From: a virus
Lineage: Duplodnaviria; Caudoviricetes
Direction: 5' to 3' (one strand)
IMG/VR virus record: IMGVR_UViG_3300042301_001108
Span: 1 to 60,005 of that record
DNA length: 60,005 bases
The notes below the pieces were generated by a model. It did no database searches. It saw only the letters and a program-made list of their open reading frames with translations, and was not told the origin of the DNA. The position numbers were made by a program, and so were the translations under genes. This document shows, piece by piece, positions 55,313 to 60,005 of the stretch (its first letter is position 1; each line of letters opens with the position of its first letter).

Positions 55313-56047
55313 TTATTTTTTTAGTACTGCTGGATCTCTTTGGTCTTCATATCCAAGACCAAAACCAATACCAAAACCAGCCTGTCTAGCTGCTGTTCCT
55401 TGCAATGCAAGAATGTCTCTAGAGTCAGTTGCCATGCCATTAGATGCAACCCTAGCCTTAAGGTCTTCCCATTCTTTTTGGCCTCTTACCTTTTCGCCAT
55501 CTTCTGCTGGTCTATCATCAAGGTTAACACCTTCTAGGGCAGCCAAAAACTTCTTTTCTTCGTAGTCAAGCTCTCTTGTAATAGATAGAATTTGCATTAG
55601 TTCTTCTATAGATATAGATAATTCTAGCTCATCAAAGTTCTTCCAGATACCCAGCAAAAATACCTCTGATTCAAGCTTAGCTAAATCAAGACTTTCCCAG
55701 GTTGTAGTTTTTTCTTTTTCTTCTTTAGCAGCTTCTTCTACTACCTCTTCGCCCTTTTTTCTAATGTCTATTCCAGCTGCATAATTAAGTAGGTCATAGA
55801 TAGAGGACAGGTCAAAATTATCCTCTAGGTCTTCTACTGATTTAAAATGATTTGGAAAATACTGTTTCATTGCAACCAAGGCACATTCAGATAACACTCC
55901 AATTGTCTCTTCTTCTGTTGTAGAGTTTTGAGTTCTGGTAAAGATTTCCATTAACTCTCTTAGGTATTTAATTTTTAGTGGTATGATCTCAATCTCTTTA
56001 CCATCAATTGTTTTTATTTTTCTAATTTTATATATTTCAGTAGGCAT
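55313..56047 (-). CDS. tail assembly chaperone, GT-like (G paralog plus extension)
   Basis: Residues 1-93 align with the 99-aa protein; lies between tail tube and TMP; leaderless. Confidence 0.72.
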   Translation of the reverse strand: MPTEIYKIRKIKTIDGKEIEIIPLKIKYLRELMEIFTRTQNSTTEEETIGVLSECALVAMKQYFPNHFKSVEDLEDNFDLSSIYDLLNYAAGIDIRKKGEEVVEEAAKEEKEKTTTWESLDLAKLESEVFLLGIWKNFDELELSISIEELMQILSITRELDYEEKKFLAALEGVNLDDRPAEDGEKVRGQKEWEDLKARVASNGMATDSRDILALQGTAARQAGFGIGFGLGYEDQRDPAVLKK

Positions 56048-56064
56048 TCTTTAATTTTATCATA

Positions 56065-56104
56065 AAATGACGAATCCCACCCCCAAAAAGGAGGTGGGAC
56101 TGTC
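56065..56104 (-). terminator. intrinsic terminator after the major tail gene
   Basis: TCCCACCTCC-TTTTT-GGGGGTGGGA then TTCGTCATTTT. Confidence 0.75.
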
Positions 56105-56121
56105 TTAGCTATTCCTAGATA

Positions 56122-56757
56122 CTAGGAAGCAGCTGTAATTGTGCGGTCAATGATCTTTCCGTAAGATGCCTCAGAGTCATCTGGTAGAAGACGGAATGAA
56201 ACTTCAAACATTGAAGCCTCGTCACGCTTTGCAGATACAGTTACGTTCTCAATTGATAGAGCACGGTAAGCTGCGTAGACACGCTCTAGAGAAGATCCAA
56301 CTGCACAGTCTCCTGTACCTGGACCTACAGCAATGATTCCACGCTCAACTGGGCACTCGCCAAGCTCTCCAGCGGATAGGTTTAGAGTCTGTCCGTTAGA
56401 TTGTGACTTGTTTCCTGTTAGTTGTGTGTCTCCATATGCTAGAGCAATAAGAAGGTTCTCAAGTGTTGCCTCAGCAAAAGCAGTTGCTAGGCTAACCTGC
56501 ATACCCTGCTTGAATAGCTTTGCAACGTCTAGAAGCTGGTCAACCTGTACTTCTCCGAAGTCAGGCTGGAACTGGATCTCAAGACCGTTCATTGTGTATC
56601 CGATGTTGGTGAAGTCTGTTTCGTTAGACAGTGTCTCACGGTAGGACTCATTGGCATCGAATGCAGGCAGGGTAGTACCGTCAAGGACAGTGTCAGCTAC
56701 GAAAAACGATGCTGCACCAACGATGATGTTATTGGAATTACCACGATTATATGCCAT
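56122..56757 (-). CDS. major tail tube protein
   Basis: IGYTxxG...VDQ...AEATLENL; own promoter and terminator. Confidence 0.85.
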   Translation of the reverse strand: MAYNRGNSNNIIVGAASFFVADTVLDGTTLPAFDANESYRETLSNETDFTNIGYTMNGLEIQFQPDFGEVQVDQLLDVAKLFKQGMQVSLATAFAEATLENLLIALAYGDTQLTGNKSQSNGQTLNLSAGELGECPVERGIIAVGPGTGDCAVGSSLERVYAAYRALSIENVTVSAKRDEASMFEVSFRLLPDDSEASYGKIIDRTITAAS

Positions 56758-56840
56758 AATTTTACCTCTTTCCTAAATAGTATATTCAGTTATAAATTGG
56801 CGATTTGTTTCCTCGCTAACAAGTATACCAGTGTTTTTAT

Positions 56841-57410
56841 CTATTTAAACGTTGTTCCGTTAGCAGCGTGATAGTCATACTCAATGATTATTTTTGATGC
56901 CCACTCGCTCATGTTTACTGAGTTTAGCTCTAGAATGTCTCTGGTTTCGTCTATTTGGTATACTCTAAAATTGTGAAAAAACACGTTAGATTGAACAGTT
57001 TCCCCGTTTAGTGATATGGGGTTATCTCTAGCCCAGTCATTTACATCTTGAGCAGCTGCGTCTTCCCTATCCAATAGCTGAGATATTATTACGTTAATGT
57101 TTTGAACAGACTGAACGCTACCGTAAATAGTATAGATTAGCTGTTCCCTTTTAATCCCATAAAACGGTGTTGCCCTAAAACGCATTAGCCTATCATATGT
57201 AATCATTGTTGGCTGAACTAGTCCTGTGTTTGAAACTAGCTGCTGATATATCTCTTCACGTCCCGTAGTTGTTGGGGCAAAGAATGGAACGATTGTTTGT
57301 TCAGAGCCTATCCCAACTTTGCTTGGTCCATAGTCATTACCTAATTTATCAAACAAATATGAGTTTATCCAGTGTGGTGGAAATGGTATTGTTTCAAGAT
57401 TTATTGTCAT
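56841..57410 (-). CDS. tail terminator-like protein
   Basis: Gene order immediately before the tail tube. Confidence 0.6.
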   Translation of the reverse strand: MTINLETIPFPPHWINSYLFDKLGNDYGPSKVGIGSEQTIVPFFAPTTTGREEIYQQLVSNTGLVQPTMITYDRLMRFRATPFYGIKREQLIYTIYGSVQSVQNINVIISQLLDREDAAAQDVNDWARDNPISLNGETVQSNVFFHNFRVYQIDETRDILELNSVNMSEWASKIIIEYDYHAANGTTFK

Positions 57411-58084
57411 TCAAGACCTACTTTCGCATTGACGATCCATCTATACCCAGTCTTAACCCCTAGGCCCCTACCACCCTTTGAGCCTGCTGCAAAATTCTTT
57501 TTATAGATTGTTGGATTTGATATGTACTGAGATAGGCCAGATGACTTTAGAAAAGCTTGAGTAAAGTAGTTTTTAAAAAAATTGTCAAAGACTCTTTCAT
57601 AAGACCCCTGAACGTCAGTACCTCCAGGACTATTAACCGTAATTTGTTTTTTTGTAAAAATTGTTTCTCCAGCATCCTGAAACACAAGTGCTGAGGCTTT
57701 TTTGGGTTTAATAGAAACTGGTATTCCCATTTCCATAATTCTTGCCTTGTTATAAAATGGAGTGCTGCTGTCTTTAGAAACTGAAGACGATTGCCTAAAT
57801 GATGAGTTTACGGATAGTCCTAAGTTACTTACAGTATATTGCAAATCAAATAGTCTGGCTGCTGGTGATCCTGTTTTGTACCACTCATAGACGTGATGTA
57901 GTGCATCTTTGTCTGATCTAGCCATAGCATCTATATAGTTATTTAATACTTCAATTACGCTTTCTCCAAGATTATTTAAAAATACTTTTTTCCCTGATTG
58001 TGCACCCTCAAGAAATCCAGAAGAATATCTAACAATGTTTGTTAGTTGCTTTTGTAGTGAGTCTGCATTCATTGTTACTTTCAT
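57407..58084 (-). CDS. neck / tail-completion protein
   Basis: Gene order; KARIMEMG motif. Confidence 0.6.
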   Translation of the reverse strand: MKVTMNADSLQKQLTNIVRYSSGFLEGAQSGKKVFLNNLGESVIEVLNNYIDAMARSDKDALHHVYEWYKTGSPAARLFDLQYTVSNLGLSVNSSFRQSSSVSKDSSTPFYNKARIMEMGIPVSIKPKKASALVFQDAGETIFTKKQITVNSPGGTDVQGSYERVFDNFFKNYFTQAFLKSSGLSQYISNPTIYKKNFAAGSKGGRGLGVKTGYRWIVNAKVGLE

Positions 58085-58536
58085 TAATTATCTACCGCCT
58101 GATTTTCGGTTTTTCTCCAAACCATCTTGTAGTATTCAATATTCAAGAATGGACCTACAAATGGCTCAAGGGTTGCTATTTCATAAACACTACCTTTTCC
58201 AGATCTTGGACCTGAAGTTTCTTTGTATAGCAACTCACCATGTGAAGACCTTATGTTTGTTATTAAGATATTTGTGCTAGATTCCTTGGAGTTTCTTGAA
58301 GATATTCTTAGGTCAGTTTTGCTTCTAGCAATTAGCTTATTTTCGTGTTGCGTAAACACCTCTGGTTTAATTTCTTCTTTTCCTGCACCACCAAAAGTAT
58401 TAGCATTACAGGCAATTGTGCGATCAAACATCCACTCTTTTTTGATTTCTCCATAGCTGCCTTGATTAATAATTGGGTAATAAATATCCGCAAGCATTGG
58501 ATACATGAAGTCTGAGGTATCTTCGCAACAAGGCAT
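58084..58536 (-). CDS. head closure (stopper)-like protein
   Basis: Gene order; beta-rich with YG..W near the N-terminus. Confidence 0.6.
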   Translation of the reverse strand: MPCCEDTSDFMYPMLADIYYPIINQGSYGEIKKEWMFDRTIACNANTFGGAGKEEIKPEVFTQHENKLIARSKTDLRISSRNSKESSTNILITNIRSSHGELLYKETSGPRSGKGSVYEIATLEPFVGPFLNIEYYKMVWRKTENQAVDN

Positions 58537-59507
58537 TATAGCATTCCTGGTTTTTTAACATCCGTAATGTATTTGTCTAGAATCTTGTCAACTAAAATGT
58601 TGCCAGTTCCAGATAGAGCTGCGGAATCAATCTTAATTTTAAACTGATCTGTTGAGTAGTCTGTAATATATCTCTTAAAGTATTCTAACTTTCCGCAAGC
58701 AATGTCGTTTATAAGCATTTTAACTGCATCCTGAATATCATTAGGAACTACTTTGTATCCTATTTCTAAGTGAATTAGATAGTCTGTTCCTGCATTAAAC
58801 AATACCCCTGATTTTAGGGCAATGGTGTTTCCACTATCAGACGTGTCAAACATACTGATGGAGTCTGATGCTGCCATAGCTAAGCCAACTGGTGCTGACT
58901 CTGCACGATTAAAGTCTGTAATTACGTAGCTTGGATCTTTTGTAATAGCTGTTTTATCTCTAGTAATTACATAGTTCCACTCACCAATTGCTGGAGCTGT
59001 TAGGTCTGAATTGTAGACAAGCTCTGCGTTTTCATATACCTTTAAGATTTTATAAATTTTTTCCCAAACAGGAATGTAGTCTGTTCCCTGTCCAGTTGTT
59101 TCAATCCACTTTGTCTCAAAGTAAAATCCTCCAACAACAGAGTCTATAATTGCTCTAGCCAGTCTTTCGTTATAAGTTGCAGTTGCTATGTCTGAAGCTG
59201 TTTCAGCAAGCGTTGTGGGGTCTACGTATGGCCTTTCTACAGTTATGTTATCTTCTACAACAACTTCGTCATCTAGGGTAACTTCAAGATGATAGGTTTC
59301 GTCATATTTTCTAAAGTCGTAAGGTGTGTCATCTTCTCCATAAATACCAGTCCAGGAAACTGCTAGCACCCCGCTAGACCCAACCTGAATGTTGTCTTCA
59401 TACATAATATCGTAATCGGAGTCTTTAATCAAAACATGGTAAAGTGCTGATGGCTCTACAGTATAACGAACAAAATTATCGTATGGTGGTTTTCTAAGTA
59501 CGATCAC
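58536..59507 (-). CDS. head-tail adaptor
   Basis: ARAIIDS...GYKVVPNDIQDAVKML...TGNILVDKIL. Confidence 0.72.
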   Translation of the reverse strand: MIVLRKPPYDNFVRYTVEPSALYHVLIKDSDYDIMYEDNIQVGSSGVLAVSWTGIYGEDDTPYDFRKYDETYHLEVTLDDEVVVEDNITVERPYVDPTTLAETASDIATATYNERLARAIIDSVVGGFYFETKWIETTGQGTDYIPVWEKIYKILKVYENAELVYNSDLTAPAIGEWNYVITRDKTAITKDPSYVITDFNRAESAPVGLAMAASDSISMFDTSDSGNTIALKSGVLFNAGTDYLIHLEIGYKVVPNDIQDAVKMLINDIACGKLEYFKRYITDYSTDQFKIKIDSAALSGTGNILVDKILDKYITDVKKPGML

Positions 59508-59713
59508 TAGTTACTCCTATTATAAGCTTTGGCTACCTCTGCTGGCGTGGCAATACGGACCGCCTTGTGAGTTATCCAGAAATCTGATGCATCTTTGGTT
59601 ACTATATTATAACCAATATTCAATTTTCCAAGACCATATTTAAATAAGCTCTTAGATGAGTATATGGCAACCTTTTCAACAATCATTTTGTCGTTAGAAG
59701 TTTTTTCAGCCAT
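59507..59713 (-). CDS. small hypothetical virion-associated protein
   Basis: 68 aa; TGATATAAT and GGAG upstream. Confidence 0.65.
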   Translation of the reverse strand: MAEKTSNDKMIVEKVAIYSSKSLFKYGLGKLNIGYNIVTKDASDFWITHKAVRIATPAEVAKAYNRSN

Positions 59714-59744
59714 ATTCTTTCTCCAGCTTTAATTATATCAGAAT

Positions 59745-59778
59745 ATAACAAAAGAGGGCAGACTTTCGTCTGCCCCCT
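59745..59778 (-). terminator. intrinsic terminator after the major capsid gene
   Basis: GGGCAGAC-GAAA-GTCTGCCC then TCTTTTGTT. Confidence 0.85.
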
Positions 59779-59794
59779 AATGTTTTAATCAGAT

Positions 59795-60005
59795 TTAGGA
59801 ATCTGATGCAGCATCTGCATAAGCAACTGCATCAAGCTCTTCCCACTGAAGGCCGAAGCGAACGAATACTGTGTACTCAATCGTGTCCTTCTTTGGAACA
59901 TACTGACGGTTTACAGTGATGTCTCTCTGGAATCCCCATACACGGTTCTGTGGGAATGTTAGGTCAACATATCCTGCAGGGTAGTAAGGAACTTCCTGAA
60001 CTTCG
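59795..60005 (-). CDS. major capsid protein, C-terminal fragment (not in ORF track)
   Basis: Open frame ...EVPYYPAGYVDLTFPQNRVWGFQRDITVNRQYVPKKDTIEYTVFVRFGLQWEELDAV...; HK97-fold-like ending; strong terminator. Confidence 0.85.
   Translation of the reverse strand, partial: EVQEVPYYPAGYVDLTFPQNRVWGFQRDITVNRQYVPKKDTIEYTVFVRFGLQWEELDAVAYADAASDS

Noticed and set aside
1-60005. Stop-codon reassignment, integrase or transposon
   Set aside because: Genes are intact and densely packed in the standard code with all three stops used; no recombinase or transposase motifs were seen

Overview
The window is a 60 kb segment of an AT-rich, long-tailed (siphovirus-like) dsDNA phage genome, almost certainly infecting Actinobacteria: it has a WhiB, many leaderless SigA-type promoters, and tRNA-Gln/Asn with the U1-A72 transamidation determinant. 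Most genes are on the minus strand. From right to left: the 3' end of the major capsid gene, head-tail joining genes, the major tail protein, two tail-assembly chaperones, a 3110-aa tape measure protein (TMP) and minor tail genes (36.4-60 kb); a replication/recombination block (DnaB, primase, SSB, DnaE, MazG, RecA, Cas4-like and RuvC-like nucleases; 24.6-36.4 kb); terminase, class II ribonucleotide reductase and thioredoxin (19.9-24.6 kb); and an accessory region (0-19.9 kb) with six tRNAs, Hsp20, a subtilase, two endolysins, two secreted cell-wall hydrolases, a glycan-modification cluster and a DenV-like glycosylase. No integrase, CRISPR array, transposon or evident intein was seen. The most notable signals are: (1) the TMP carries a kinase-like cargo domain bracketed by copies of a thrice-repeated module; (2) the usual frameshifted G/GT chaperone gene appears to be replaced by two paralogous genes with separate promoters; (3) a covarying pseudoknot-like RNA motif follows hsp20 and ssb; (4) a promoter spacer base-pairs with its own gene's RBS; (5) a probable AUU start codon; (6) a modular protein punctuated by K-S/K-A motifs. 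All product calls come from motifs recognised by eye; no database searches were run.
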